Below, in pieces: positions 17,251 to 26,332 of a stretch of 64,000 nucleotides of DNA (positions are counted from its first letter, which is position 1; the number at the start of each line of letters is the position of its first letter). The stretch comes from a virus. The stretch is from the IMG/VR virus record IMGVR_UViG_3300050014_000310, positions 32,001-96,000 of that record. One strand, 5' to 3'. The translations under genes and the position numbers were made by a program. The notes beneath the pieces were generated by a model. That model had not been told where the DNA came from. It saw nothing but the letters and a program-made list of their open reading frames with translations, and ran no database searches.

Positions 17251-17282
17251 ATTATAGATCATCTGATTTACCGAGTAAATCA
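17251..17282 (-). promoter_or_regulatory. sigmaA promoter (TTTACT-17-TATAAT) overlapped by the palindromic operator TGATTTAC-N3-GTAAATCA
   Basis: Perfect 8-bp inverted repeat at 17264-17282 covering the -35. Confidence 0.7.
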
Positions 17283-17334
17283 TAATGTTATAAGTATGCC
17301 CAAACGTCCTATATTATCTGAAAATAGACAAAAT

Positions 17335-17378
17335 AAAAAGCCGCCGAACCAACGCATCGCTGCGCGGCCCGGCGGCTT
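17335..17378 (-). terminator. Terminator at the end of the late/lysis operon
   Basis: AAGCCGCCG...CGGCGGCTT followed by a T-tract on the minus strand. Confidence 0.7.
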
Positions 17379-17413
17379 GAGAGGAGAACCCCGGAGGACC
17401 GGGATTTCTTTAT

Positions 17414-17776
17414 TTACATCGGTTGAACCCGACCGGACATGATCGCGGCCGGATCGGTTGATTCGCTGTTGTAAGTCTTCGTGGATGCCGTCAACCCGTG
17501 CTTACCGGTTGCAGAAGTCGTAATAACCGGCGGGGGCGCCAGGGTACCGATAACTGTCATTGCTGCATCGATCTGCTTGGACTGTGCGGCTGAAGGTATC
17601 TGCTTCGCCAGATTGCCGATACCCAGATAGCCGATCAGCGTCAGGAATATCGTGATCCACGATGTGTCAACGGTATGCCCGAAGAATTCACTGACTAGGA
17701 TATACGCCAGGATCAGCAAGGCGAACAGAAAAGCAGCGATGTCAACGAAGGTCACGTTGTCGAGTATGTTGTTCAT
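17414..17776 (-). CDS. Putative holin
   Basis: Two N-terminal TM helices; last gene of the lysis cassette. Confidence 0.65.
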   Translation of the reverse strand: MNNILDNVTFVDIAAFLFALLILAYILVSEFFGHTVDTSWITIFLTLIGYLGIGNLAKQIPSAAQSKQIDAAMTVIGTLAPPPVITTSATGKHGLTASTKTYNSESTDPAAIMSGRVQPM

Positions 17777-17799
17777 GATGTTTTCCTCCTTCTCAGATT

Positions 17800-19272
17800 T
17801 TAACCGGGAAAATTTGCTACTATGTCCGTCAACTTCGCTTCGAGGTCGGCCAGCTTCAATTGAGTCTGCGAGAGAATGCCCTGCGTAGTCGCCAGTTCTG
17901 CCCGCGTAGTCGCCAGTTCACTCTGCGTCGCTTCCAACTCCGCAGCAGTCCCATCCGTGACCGTCATCGTGGCCGTTTTGGTCGGAGTGTCGTAAACCAG
18001 GGCTGCCTTGATCGCCTGGGCGACAAAGTGGACTGGCACCATCATCCTGCCATCGGAGCCGGAATCGACGATGACCGGCGCCTCATCCATCAATATGGTT
18101 ACTCCGTTGTCGATCATATTCTTGTTGCCTACCTGCATGACGACGACGGTATCCGTAGTAATTGCAGTCACGGTAACAATCGCCTCCCCACTGGCATTTC
18201 CGTCAATGGCCAGAATATTGAGCACCCCCGGGGCAATCGCCGTGACCAGCCCCTGACTGACAGTGGCCATATCTTCATTTGCGGATTGCCAGTTAACTAA
18301 TGAGGTAATGTCGTTGCCATTCTGATCAGTCGCGGCCAGTTGAACCGTTGAGCCTACCGGGATACTGGCAGTCGCCGGAGTAACAACTATGGTCAAAGTA
18401 GGTGGCGGTGTAGGTGTAGGTGTCGGTGTCGGTGTCGGTGTCGGTGGCGGTGTCGGTGGCGCATTGTCGATCTCCGCCAGATCCGTCTGCAGCGAAGCCA
18501 GGTCGTAACCTTCCAGCGAAGCCCCGTTTTTGAGCATCTCCGGAGACAGAATCGCGTACAGTTCGTCGCAATACTTCTGAAGGAATGCCTTGGTCATCTT
18601 CTGTGCCCGCGTCCAGGTAACAACGTCCATAACGAGCGTGGCATATTTCTTGACCGCCGGGATGTAATGCCCGCCCTCAATGCCGCCGTCATCCTCTACG
18701 ACGTCCCAGGGCTCTCCGGCGTCGAACTGGGTCATGGCCGAAGCGGGGAACTCAATTCCGATCGCCACGGCCTCAAATAGGTACAGGGCCTCGTACAGCT
18801 CGGAGAAATCACCGGCCTTGATCTTGGACACGTCAAGCGCCACGAAAGCGCCGATTTTGTGCCGAACCCCGTTGACGTCGATCAGGCCGGTCTTGCGCCG
18901 GTAATTCAGGGCAGTCAAAATGTCCGTGCCGTTGTCGGTGCTGGGATCGTTTATAATGTACCCGGTCACCGCGGAGTAATCAGAGATGGCGGTTTTACCG
19001 TTGAATGTTGCCGGGTCGGAGGCTGCCGTCGTCCAGAGCAGGGTCTCGTTGTCACCACCGGCAAATACGCAGTCGCCGGCTCCCCCGAAGCCGGGCTCCA
19101 CGGTAGGGTCCGGGCCATTGCCCCCCATTGGCCAGGCTGAGACTAGATTTTCATCCCCGATGTCGTCCGGGGGAATCGGGAGGGGGCCGGTGCGGTATTT
19201 GCTGAATGGGAGGGTGCGGGGGTCGATTACGGGGGGAAGTTTGCCTAGGTGCATTCCGTTTCTTAGACGCAT
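17800..19272 (-). CDS. Cys-peptidase-like domain + PT linker + Ig-like (Big_2) + copper-amine-oxidase-N-like domain + coiled coil; probable lysis/envelope enzyme
   Basis: GDCVFAG / GGHYI / VTW papain-like residues; PT repeats; VVTPATASIPVGSTVQL; APVIVD..GRMMVPVHFVAQA. Confidence 0.65.
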   Translation of the reverse strand: MRLRNGMHLGKLPPVIDPRTLPFSKYRTGPLPIPPDDIGDENLVSAWPMGGNGPDPTVEPGFGGAGDCVFAGGDNETLLWTTAASDPATFNGKTAISDYSAVTGYIINDPSTDNGTDILTALNYRRKTGLIDVNGVRHKIGAFVALDVSKIKAGDFSELYEALYLFEAVAIGIEFPASAMTQFDAGEPWDVVEDDGGIEGGHYIPAVKKYATLVMDVVTWTRAQKMTKAFLQKYCDELYAILSPEMLKNGASLEGYDLASLQTDLAEIDNAPPTPPPTPTPTPTPTPTPPPTLTIVVTPATASIPVGSTVQLAATDQNGNDITSLVNWQSANEDMATVSQGLVTAIAPGVLNILAIDGNASGEAIVTVTAITTDTVVVMQVGNKNMIDNGVTILMDEAPVIVDSGSDGRMMVPVHFVAQAIKAALVYDTPTKTATMTVTDGTAAELEATQSELATTRAELATTQGILSQTQLKLADLEAKLTDIVANFPG

Positions 19273-19359
19273 TGGTGCTCCTCTCTGTGAGTGTTGTTGG
19301 GGATCAAAAAAGGACTGCCCATGTGCAATCCTCGTGAAACCATTGTTTACTTTTAGTTG

Positions 19360-20151
19360 CTACTTTTCATAATAAGCCCAGCGATAGCCACCCGCCGTTT
19401 TCCGTTTTCCTCGACAAACCTCAGTAATATGAATATGGCAGTTTTGACCACTGGATTCTCTTGCTTTAGCTATGCTAATAAACACCATTCCAGTGTCTAG
19501 ATTTATTACTGAAACGCTTGTTGCTTCTGTAGACGGTTGACGTTTTTTTCTTACTACCCAAGCATCCCGTAGTTTTTGTATATGTTCTTCAGAAAAGCAT
19601 ATGCCCATCCTGGCTAATGAAATTTTTGCCCTTGTTTCCTCAGAAACACAACGGCCCAACAGGGCAGCAGTTATTTTTTCGCAGTGTTCTTTGGTAAGCG
19701 TTTTTCCACGGTGGGCAGCCGATAATTTTGCCCTGTGCTCATCAGAAAGTATTTTTCCCATATGCGCAATAGATATTTTTCTCTTCGACTCTTCTGTGTG
19801 TGGCTTAGATTGCCCTAAATGCGCGATACTAAGTTTTTTCCGATATTCCATGGAACGTTTTATCCCAAGAGAACTGCCAGCAGTAAGACAGATATTGTAT
19901 TCTGGCTTTAGTTTGTCGATATATTTCTGCTCCATTGGGACACATTCTTCTGGAAGTTCTACGGTTTCAAGAATTTTAAAACATAGTGTACTTTCTCCGT
20001 ATTTGTTATAGGCATTTTGAAGACGTGAATTTCCGTGGATACCGTGCCGAAGAGTTCTCAAATGATCGCTTAATCGTTCCGCAATGCTGTGCGCTGCACT
20101 TCCCACATACTTTTTACCATTTAGTTCAATTAGATAAACGCCAATGGCCAA
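19360..20151 (-). CDS. GIY-YIG homing endonuclease with NUMOD3 repeats and a NUMOD1-like C-terminus
   Basis: GVYLI...YVGS, R..H, E, YN; SEETRAKIS repeats; ITEVCRGKRKTAGGYRW; AT-rich. Confidence 0.9.
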   Translation of the reverse strand: MAIGVYLIELNGKKYVGSAAHSIAERLSDHLRTLRHGIHGNSRLQNAYNKYGESTLCFKILETVELPEECVPMEQKYIDKLKPEYNICLTAGSSLGIKRSMEYRKKLSIAHLGQSKPHTEESKRKISIAHMGKILSDEHRAKLSAAHRGKTLTKEHCEKITAALLGRCVSEETRAKISLARMGICFSEEHIQKLRDAWVVRKKRQPSTEATSVSVINLDTGMVFISIAKARESSGQNCHIHITEVCRGKRKTAGGYRWAYYEK

Positions 20152-20258
20152 AATAAATACACCCCCCGTAGTGTCTCCCGAATTTGTTTATGTGGGAAAC
20201 ATAGTCGGGAAACTATGCTTTCAGGCCGCGAACCCTATCCCACATATTAATTATAGCA
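20152..20258 (-). ncRNA. Conserved structured leader, copy 1 (with extended -10 TGCTATAAT)
   Basis: Shares GGGATAGGG..CCYGA, P1/P3 stems, pseudoknot and ACACTAC-SD with copies at 36738 and 52921. Confidence 0.7.
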
Positions 20259-20264
20259 TTTTTG

Positions 20265-20843
20265 TTAGCTAATTGATAATACTCCCTGATATATTTCGTG
20301 GACAAAATCGCCTCCTGTGCCCCAGAGCGAAAGCTCTTTTTGCCCAGCCGCACTAAAGAACAGCGTAGCGTTCGCTGTTAGCAAAGCCTGCAGCAGCGTG
20401 GGATACAGGCCGTTCCGCAAAGTTTCAACCGTTGCCACGACGCCTTCAGCCAGGGTTTCATATTCCTTCACGCCAGCGCTGTTCACGTTGTGATCAGGAA
20501 CCATCGCAAAAGTTGTGTTCATCGGGTTGTTGTTCAGCACGTCATTCCAGCCCTGCTCACCGATGATCCAGGCATCCAGGGGTAAACCATTCCCCCCCGT
20601 TGGTGGCCAGATGCCCAGGGCATTGATTATATCTGCTGCCGCGGCATGGATAGGTGCCCCGATCCCGGTAGAGGGAGCAGTCGCCGTTACCATCCTGCCG
20701 TTTCGTGCTGTTCTGGTTGTCGCCATTTTGTGTCTCTCCTCACTAAGCGCATATTCGATCGCATGCTCCGCTTTTTCAAACATTGAGCACCGGGGCAGGG
20801 ATTTCACTAATTGTAATGTTTCTCTTAATTTAGTTTCGCTCAT
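20265..20843 (-). CDS. Lysozyme-fold muramidase/endolysin-like protein (alternative start at 20726)
   Basis: W..GE.G...NNPMNTT...NSAGVKEY.TLAEGVVATVETLRNG.Y motif; lysis cassette. Confidence 0.65.
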   Translation of the reverse strand: MSETKLRETLQLVKSLPRCSMFEKAEHAIEYALSEERHKMATTRTARNGRMVTATAPSTGIGAPIHAAAADIINALGIWPPTGGNGLPLDAWIIGEQGWNDVLNNNPMNTTFAMVPDHNVNSAGVKEYETLAEGVVATVETLRNGLYPTLLQALLTANATLFFSAAGQKELSLWGTGGDFVHEIYQGVLSIS

Positions 20844-20989
20844 TAGGCTCCTGGCTGCCCTTCTCGTTGCTGTCTCTCATGGTTCTCACCTCGTTTCCAC
20901 TTCTTGAAGTCCTCGCAGAACCGTTGGCAACTCAGGCCAGGTAGCGGAGCAGGACAATGCTTGCAGGGGTCTTTCGCTGGGTCACGCAT
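20843..20989 (-). CDS. Small Cys-rich protein
   Basis: MRDPAKDPCKHC...C...C; overlapping starts and stops. Confidence 0.45.
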   Translation of the reverse strand: MRDPAKDPCKHCPAPLPGLSCQRFCEDFKKWKRGENHERQQREGQPGA

Positions 20990-21200
20990 CTTTCTTTGGC
21001 CACTCCCATTCGCCCGGCAGGCCACCGTGGTCACAATACTCCACGCCGCGAATTGCCTGATTTTCGACTGCTGGGCTATTGAACGCCCAGCCAGCAATCC
21101 TGCCGGACTTGTCAGGGTGAGATCCCGTTACAATCATTGGCTTCTTAACTCCATTCGGGTCGTTGAAAATCACAATCTCGCCAATTTCAGGCACTCTCAT
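20982..21200 (-). CDS. Small hypothetical protein
   Basis: 72 aa, coupled, GGAGG RBS. Confidence 0.65.
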   Translation of the reverse strand: MRVPEIGEIVIFNDPNGVKKPMIVTGSHPDKSGRIAGWAFNSPAVENQAIRGVEYCDHGGLPGEWEWPKKDA

Positions 21201-21571
21201 TTACCGTATTTCCTCCCTTCCAGATCATCGCTCAACTCGCCATCCCTCAGATACCCGTGCCAGCCCTCGGCTTCCCCTGCCCAGTGGTTGATCGACGGCG
21301 ACACTGTAATCCCAGGCGCCTCACCGGTCACTATCCAGCCGTGTCCATCCTGTGAGCCGCCGCAGACGCAGTCCACACAGAAATCGGTGCCCGTAGGCAG
21401 CACCACTATGATCGGCGGTCGCTTGCCCATGTGGTCCCGCTTGTACTCCAGGGAAAGATAATTTTTCAGATAGTAGGCAGCGTCTTCGCCTTCGACCAGC
21501 CAGGGAGCGAAAAACATATCCCCCGGCTTTTTGGCTGCGTTATGGTCAACTATGCGGCATGGTATCGGCAT
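21197..21571 (-). CDS. DUF6527-like protein
   Basis: GW.VTGEAP.ITVSPSI...WHGYLRDG motif. Confidence 0.55.
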   Translation of the reverse strand: MPIPCRIVDHNAAKKPGDMFFAPWLVEGEDAAYYLKNYLSLEYKRDHMGKRPPIIVVLPTGTDFCVDCVCGGSQDGHGWIVTGEAPGITVSPSINHWAGEAEGWHGYLRDGELSDDLEGRKYGK

Positions 21572-21663
21572 CAGCGATCAAGCCCCCTCAACGGTGTAAT
21601 TCCACATTTTGTCGCAGTGGGCGCAGTCTGGACAATCGCAGTAACCACAGATCCACACGTCCA

Positions 21664-21876
21664 TCAGCCATCATCCCCTTCCTTCTCAAGCGCTGTCCGT
21701 AGTCCCGCCGGGTTCCGGTGCTCCCTGAAGCACAGATAAATGGTGCGTATCCCGTATCTGCCGTCTGCCCGGGGTATTCGGACGCAGGCAAAGGTCTCCT
21801 TTTCGCATAGAGCACACGGGCCTAATTGGTATGCGCCCCCGTATTCCGCCTGTTCGATAATTTCCGCTATGGTCAT
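21664..21876 (-). CDS. Small zinc-ribbon protein
   Basis: CALC...C..H; GGAGG RBS. Confidence 0.55.
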   Translation of the reverse strand: MTIAEIIEQAEYGGAYQLGPCALCEKETFACVRIPRADGRYGIRTIYLCFREHRNPAGLRTALEKEGDDG

Positions 21877-21952
21877 AGGCCGCCTCCTCAGTAAATGAAG
21901 TTGCGCTAACCATTTTTTACCCGCAGCACGGGGATCACCCCCATTATTCGAA

Positions 21953-22357
21953 CTATTCTCCTGGCGCTTCCTCGGTCACGGTAACTTCAACCTCATTTGC
22001 TCCGACTTTGATATGTATCTGGCTAACCAACTCCCGGAGATCGTCGTGGGATTCACTGATCAATCTCAGTTCATTCATCGTGCAGTCGTGGGTCTCCTGG
22101 AGCAATGCCTGCTGAGCGGCGCCCTCTTTCTTGCTCACAAAGGCTAAAACCGGCAAAGCTGAAGCCTGAAATACAGCCGTAGAGAAGTACGTCACCCAGC
22201 CCACTAGGGACACTGGTCGCTGCCAGAAGAGGACGACGACGACCATGGACGTGATGATCCAAAAACAGGCCATCGTAGATAACGTATTTGCCAGGAGATC
22301 AGCGATTAGGTCATTGAATCTGGTGAGCATCACATTTCCCCTATTCGCTCGCATCAC
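21953..22357 (-). CDS. Membrane protein (DUF1003-like), possible holin accessory
   Basis: Two TM segments, FQASALPVL motif, coiled tail. Confidence 0.55.
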   Translation of the reverse strand: MMRANRGNVMLTRFNDLIADLLANTLSTMACFWIITSMVVVVLFWQRPVSLVGWVTYFSTAVFQASALPVLAFVSKKEGAAQQALLQETHDCTMNELRLISESHDDLRELVSQIHIKVGANEVEVTVTEEAPGE

Positions 22358-22359
22358 CC

Positions 22360-22749
22360 CTACATGTGAACCAAAAAGGCGACTGTCAATCCCACGCTCA
22401 GGGAAAACAGGGCCGCGATCAGCACAGTCACTGCCCAGGTCGGGCGCCCTGTCGAAATCTGATCAAGTTTGGTAAAGATCGTCTCGAATTTGGGATTGAG
22501 GTTGTCCATCCGGTCATTCATCGTTTTTTCAAGCTTGTCTGTTCGATCGTTCATTGCTTTCTCAAGCGACGTCTGCTGGCATTCGAGCGCGGCCGTTCTC
22601 GTCTGTAGTACAGCGATCGCTGTTGCGGAGTTTTCCTTGGCCAGCACCTGCGCCGTTGCCTGCGCTGCTTCCGCGACTGCCAGCGCCGTAGCTTTGGCGG
22701 CATCCGCTATCGCACGGGCAACAATTTCCTCGTGGGTCTCTTCAGGCAT
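22360..22749 (-). CDS. Coiled-coil protein with C-terminal TM (XhlA/holin-like)
   Basis: RPTWAVTVLIAALFSLSVGL C-terminal anchor; first gene after the tail fibres. Confidence 0.6.
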   Translation of the reverse strand: MPEETHEEIVARAIADAAKATALAVAEAAQATAQVLAKENSATAIAVLQTRTAALECQQTSLEKAMNDRTDKLEKTMNDRMDNLNPKFETIFTKLDQISTGRPTWAVTVLIAALFSLSVGLTVAFLVHM

Positions 22750-22831
22750 ATTCCACCGCCTCTCCTAATAAAAATGCCGCCTCGCTGGGGCGGGATCTGT
22801 CACCGTTCTATGATGACATCACCTCGCTTTA

Positions 22832-23884
22832 TTACCAAACAATGATGACCTCTCCGGCTGTGCCTGCCGCGCCAGAACCCGCTCCATAGTAGCCGCCGCC
22901 GCCGCCGCCATAGCCCGAGGCAGCGCTAAACCCCTGTCCGTTTACTCCCCCAGCGCCTAGCATGGAACCGCCGCCGCTCCCGCCCATCTGCACCGACGAG
23001 TAGTAGCCTGGCCCCCCAGGTGCGCTAATAGAGGCCAGAGTCGTGCCGCCGGTGTTGCTTACTGTGCCGGGCGTCCCGCCAGCACCCATGTAGGGATAGG
23101 TCACCCCGCTTGCGCCGCCGCCGCCGCCAGTGGCATAGATCGCTACACCGTTGCCTACTATTGACGATGCCCCGCCCGTGCCGCCAGCGGATGAGCCCGA
23201 TCCATAAGCGCCGCCAGCGCCTACGGCAATCGCGTACTGTTGCCCTGGAGACACAGCGATGGATGTCAGTATCGATCCACCGCCGCCGCCGCCGCCGCCG
23301 CCCGTAGCAGCCCCGCCGCCGCCGCCGCCGACAATAGTAGCATAGATCTCATTTACTCCAGCAGGGACAGTGAATGTGCCTCCGGAAGTAAACGCTTGTG
23401 CCCCATGCCCCTGATTCGCCACCGTGCCGGCTGTATAATATCCGGTACCCCCAGCAGAGCCTGGAGATAAAGACGATATGGATCCCTCAGCAGGTAACGA
23501 CGCTGTGATCGTGCCCCCAGGGTTATACCCGGCAGGAACAGTGACTTGACCACCCTGGGTGGAAATCGTCGCTGCCGGGCTGGGGTTGTCAGGCATAGTG
23601 CCGATCACTAATACGCCGTTGACAAAAGCAGTAGTGCTGTTGGCGCCGCCTACATTTCTGATATTGGCTGCTGTGGCCGTAGCGCCGGCCGTATCGACGA
23701 CTGAGGCTTTACCATTGACCCCAAAAATGTTGATCCCAGACTTGATATTCCCTGTCACCAGATCGGGATCACCCAAAATAGTCAATATGGCATCGTACCG
23801 GCTGGGCGGCAGAACAATATTGACCGTCCCGGGCGTGATCGTGCGGCCTTTAAAACCTAACTGAACGCCATCCCTGATCATCAC
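22832..23884 (-). CDS. Tail fibre protein with glycine-rich domain
   Basis: DPDLVTGNIKSGINIFGVNG collar motif; FTSGGTFTVPAGV...GGGGGG...GEVIIVW. Confidence 0.8.
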   Translation of the reverse strand: MMIRDGVQLGFKGRTITPGTVNIVLPPSRYDAILTILGDPDLVTGNIKSGINIFGVNGKASVVDTAGATATAANIRNVGGANSTTAFVNGVLVIGTMPDNPSPAATISTQGGQVTVPAGYNPGGTITASLPAEGSISSLSPGSAGGTGYYTAGTVANQGHGAQAFTSGGTFTVPAGVNEIYATIVGGGGGGAATGGGGGGGGGSILTSIAVSPGQQYAIAVGAGGAYGSGSSAGGTGGASSIVGNGVAIYATGGGGGASGVTYPYMGAGGTPGTVSNTGGTTLASISAPGGPGYYSSVQMGGSGGGSMLGAGGVNGQGFSAASGYGGGGGGYYGAGSGAAGTAGEVIIVW

Positions 23885-23892
23885 GTCACCCC

Positions 23893-24255
23893 CTATTGGA
23901 CTTCCACTCCGGAGATTGTCACCGTGATCGCATTTGCTGTCCCCTGCAACCCCTGGATCATGTCTGCCGCCGATAGCATGGTGTCGAGGCCGCTGATAAC
24001 CTTGAAGTCGTTGGCCGCTATAGTCAATGTTCCGATAAACTGATTAGCCGCGGCGACTCCGTTGATACCTAGTGTGACAATCGCCGCCAGCCCGGTAGTG
24101 TTGCACAAAATAATCTCTTTGACAACCGCCGTAGCAGAAGGAGTAGTCACGTTTGAGTCGTAAGCAGGCGCCGTGTAGAGAGTAGATCCCCCTGTGCTGG
24201 GCTGCCCAATGTACATCCTCCTGGGGCTTGCAATTGCCGAGTTTAAATATGCCAA
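23893..24255 (-). CDS. Tail-associated structural protein
   Basis: LYTAP...VKEIILCNTT...TISGVE beta-sandwich typical of tail tips. Confidence 0.7.
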   Translation of the reverse strand: MAYLNSAIASPRRMYIGQPSTGGSTLYTAPAYDSNVTTPSATAVVKEIILCNTTGLAAIVTLGINGVAAANQFIGTLTIAANDFKVISGLDTMLSAADMIQGLQGTANAITVTISGVEVQ

Positions 24256-24281
24256 GGGTGGTTCCTCCTATCTGATATGCT

Positions 24282-24581
24282 TTAGACCCAATATGTTGGG
24301 CTGGATATGCCCGCCGGTATGATCATGGATTGAATCGTCGCCGTCAGTGCCGCGGTTAAAGCAGATTCACTTGTATCCAGCGCAGATTGCCCCTGGGCGA
24401 CCATGATGTTGGCCAGAGCCTTAACCATGATTGTCGCCTGGTGGAACAGTTTATCGTGCATCTGCGGAGAAGCCATCCCGTTTGAAAGACCACCAGTAAC
24501 TGAAGAATCGGATTGATAGGTTGCATCGGATTCGGCGTTAATTAGGGATGGATTAAAAGTTACAAAATTGGTGCTGGCCAA
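24282..24581 (-). CDS. Tail fibre/baseplate adaptor (short)
   Basis: G.ASPQMHDKLFHQATIMVKALA motif typical of fibre N-termini. Confidence 0.65.
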   Translation of the reverse strand: MASTNFVTFNPSLINAESDATYQSDSSVTGGLSNGMASPQMHDKLFHQATIMVKALANIMVAQGQSALDTSESALTAALTATIQSMIIPAGISSPTYWV

Positions 24582-24625
24582 TCAAAGCCCTCCTTCCTAA
24601 ATAAAAAGCACCCCTTTCAGAGATC

Positions 24626-26320
24626 CTAAGCAGGCTCGACCCAATAGCCCTGCCCATAGCCTTGGAATACCGCGTTTTCTTCCCCGTAAGCGAACACAGG
24701 ATTAACCGGGTAATAGTAAAGATATTGAACTCCTTCCGGCCTGGGGATGATGAACCCATTGGAAATTAGATTCTGCTGCAGCACCGAGCTTAACCCGATC
24801 ACCAAAACATCGCACGTCATATTCTGGTTGTCCGTCAAAATCAAATAAACCGAATCAGGGAACAGCGAAGCAAATAGCGAGTAGATGCCTGGCGTAGTGC
24901 CGTCCCACATGTTCTGCGCTATCCTTGCCTTTAAAACAAGTTGGTAGGTTGCGTCATCCAGAATTGGAGAGGTGGAAACGTAATAACTGGTGCTGCCATC
25001 AAACGGAAGCAAGAGCGTGGTAGCTGAGTCTACGACCTGCGCTACTCCCCCATTCACATACGCCTGGTGCTCCACCAGCGTCCTCGCCCTAGATGAAATG
25101 CGGAGATCGTCGATGATGCCGTTTACTCCGCTAGATCCACCTGCGTTTAACATCATAGATGCTGCTAGTATCCCTGCTGGTTCTACATAAGCTATGTCAG
25201 AACCTATCTGGACTCCATTGACGCACAAACGCATTACAGATCCATTTCCTGCTATCATGATCGCGTATGATTGTCCAACATTAAAAATTTGATTACTATG
25301 TATAACGATTGTGGCTCCGCTTGAAGCTACCTGTAAGAATATCTGCTTATTATCTGCAAATAGCCAATAGTAGTCACCACTATCATTCTGTAAAAGCCAT
25401 AAACCTTGTGATGCAATTGACAGAGTATCAGTTGGTATATAGATCGTCTCTACCGCCCAACTTCCCGGCGTAAACACGCCTGCCGTGGGGATGGTCAGGG
25501 ATTCAGTTGCGCGGGTGGTACTTCCAAGCGTCCAACTTGTAGCGTAGGCTTTCTGCTCAAACTGGAGGCCATCAATCCAGAAAGTAATTGCCTGTGCAGT
25601 TGAGGTAACTACCCCTATCCACATGCTCGATCCTGCGGCTGTTGTTGTCAAAGAATACCTCGTCCATATAGAGGTAAGAGTAATTGTATTACTATATAAT
25701 GCTGGACTTGTAGTGATTAGATCTACTGTTCCTGATCCCCTTACCCATACCGAAAAGGTATATGTATTCCCTGATATAGAGGCAGGGTTTATCATTGCCC
25801 CCTCTCGGCTATATGTGCCAGGAGTTACCACTTTTAAGCTATGGGAACCCTGCCACGCATAAGTATTATCTTGGGTAAGCGTTTCATCCCCATGATTGCC
25901 GGTAAATCCTGTTGTTCCGTTCTCTATATTGGATTGGTTTGCCGTTAAGAGGTTGACCGTAGTCTCCTCGAACATGATCCCCTGATTAAACATAGCCGCA
26001 TCATACCGGGGCACACCTGACAGAACCTGTGCGCCAGTCAGGTAATCGTAGGCAACGGATGCCCTGGTAAATGTGCCCGAGACAGGCCCGAACGCGTCTG
26101 TGGGCTGAAAATTCACTACCCGTGAGACGCCTAGGATTTGTCCCAGAATATCAAGTTGCGCCCCCACGGCCTGGTCGATGTCGAAGGCATCATTCAGGCC
26201 TGCGGCGCAGGTTGTGGTGTCGTCAGCGTGGCTGAGCATTGAACTGACAGTGGCCATGAAGTTGGGCTTAGGGCGATGTTGACTGGTTATCAGATTGAGA
26301 TATTGGGTAATATTGGACAA
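24626..26320 (-). CDS. DUF2612-like baseplate wedge protein with inserted CBM-like and LamG domains
   Basis: FDIDQAVGAQLDILGQILGVSR and LDDATYQLVLKARIAQNMWDGT halves separated by ~370 aa containing IDGLQFEQ and GIIDDLRISSRART. Confidence 0.75.
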   Translation of the reverse strand: MSNITQYLNLITSQHRPKPNFMATVSSMLSHADDTTTCAAGLNDAFDIDQAVGAQLDILGQILGVSRVVNFQPTDAFGPVSGTFTRASVAYDYLTGAQVLSGVPRYDAAMFNQGIMFEETTVNLLTANQSNIENGTTGFTGNHGDETLTQDNTYAWQGSHSLKVVTPGTYSREGAMINPASISGNTYTFSVWVRGSGTVDLITTSPALYSNTITLTSIWTRYSLTTTAAGSSMWIGVVTSTAQAITFWIDGLQFEQKAYATSWTLGSTTRATESLTIPTAGVFTPGSWAVETIYIPTDTLSIASQGLWLLQNDSGDYYWLFADNKQIFLQVASSGATIVIHSNQIFNVGQSYAIMIAGNGSVMRLCVNGVQIGSDIAYVEPAGILAASMMLNAGGSSGVNGIIDDLRISSRARTLVEHQAYVNGGVAQVVDSATTLLLPFDGSTSYYVSTSPILDDATYQLVLKARIAQNMWDGTTPGIYSLFASLFPDSVYLILTDNQNMTCDVLVIGLSSVLQQNLISNGFIIPRPEGVQYLYYYPVNPVFAYGEENAVFQGYGQGYWVEPA

Positions 26321-26332
26321 ATGAAATCACCC

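Noticed and set aside
18401-18460. Hexamer tandem repeat
   Set aside because: Encodes an ordinary Pro-Thr linker.
19273-20264. Group I intron around the GIY-YIG gene
   Set aside because: The flanking genes appear complete with their own starts and stops, and the flanks are too short for an intron core.
22860-23335. GCC-rich repeats
   Set aside because: Glycine codons of the tail fibre glycine-rich domain.
22832-26320. Second DGR variable repeat in tail genes
   Set aside because: No TR-like sequence seen at the 3' ends of the tail fibre or baseplate genes by eye; a computational scan would be definitive.
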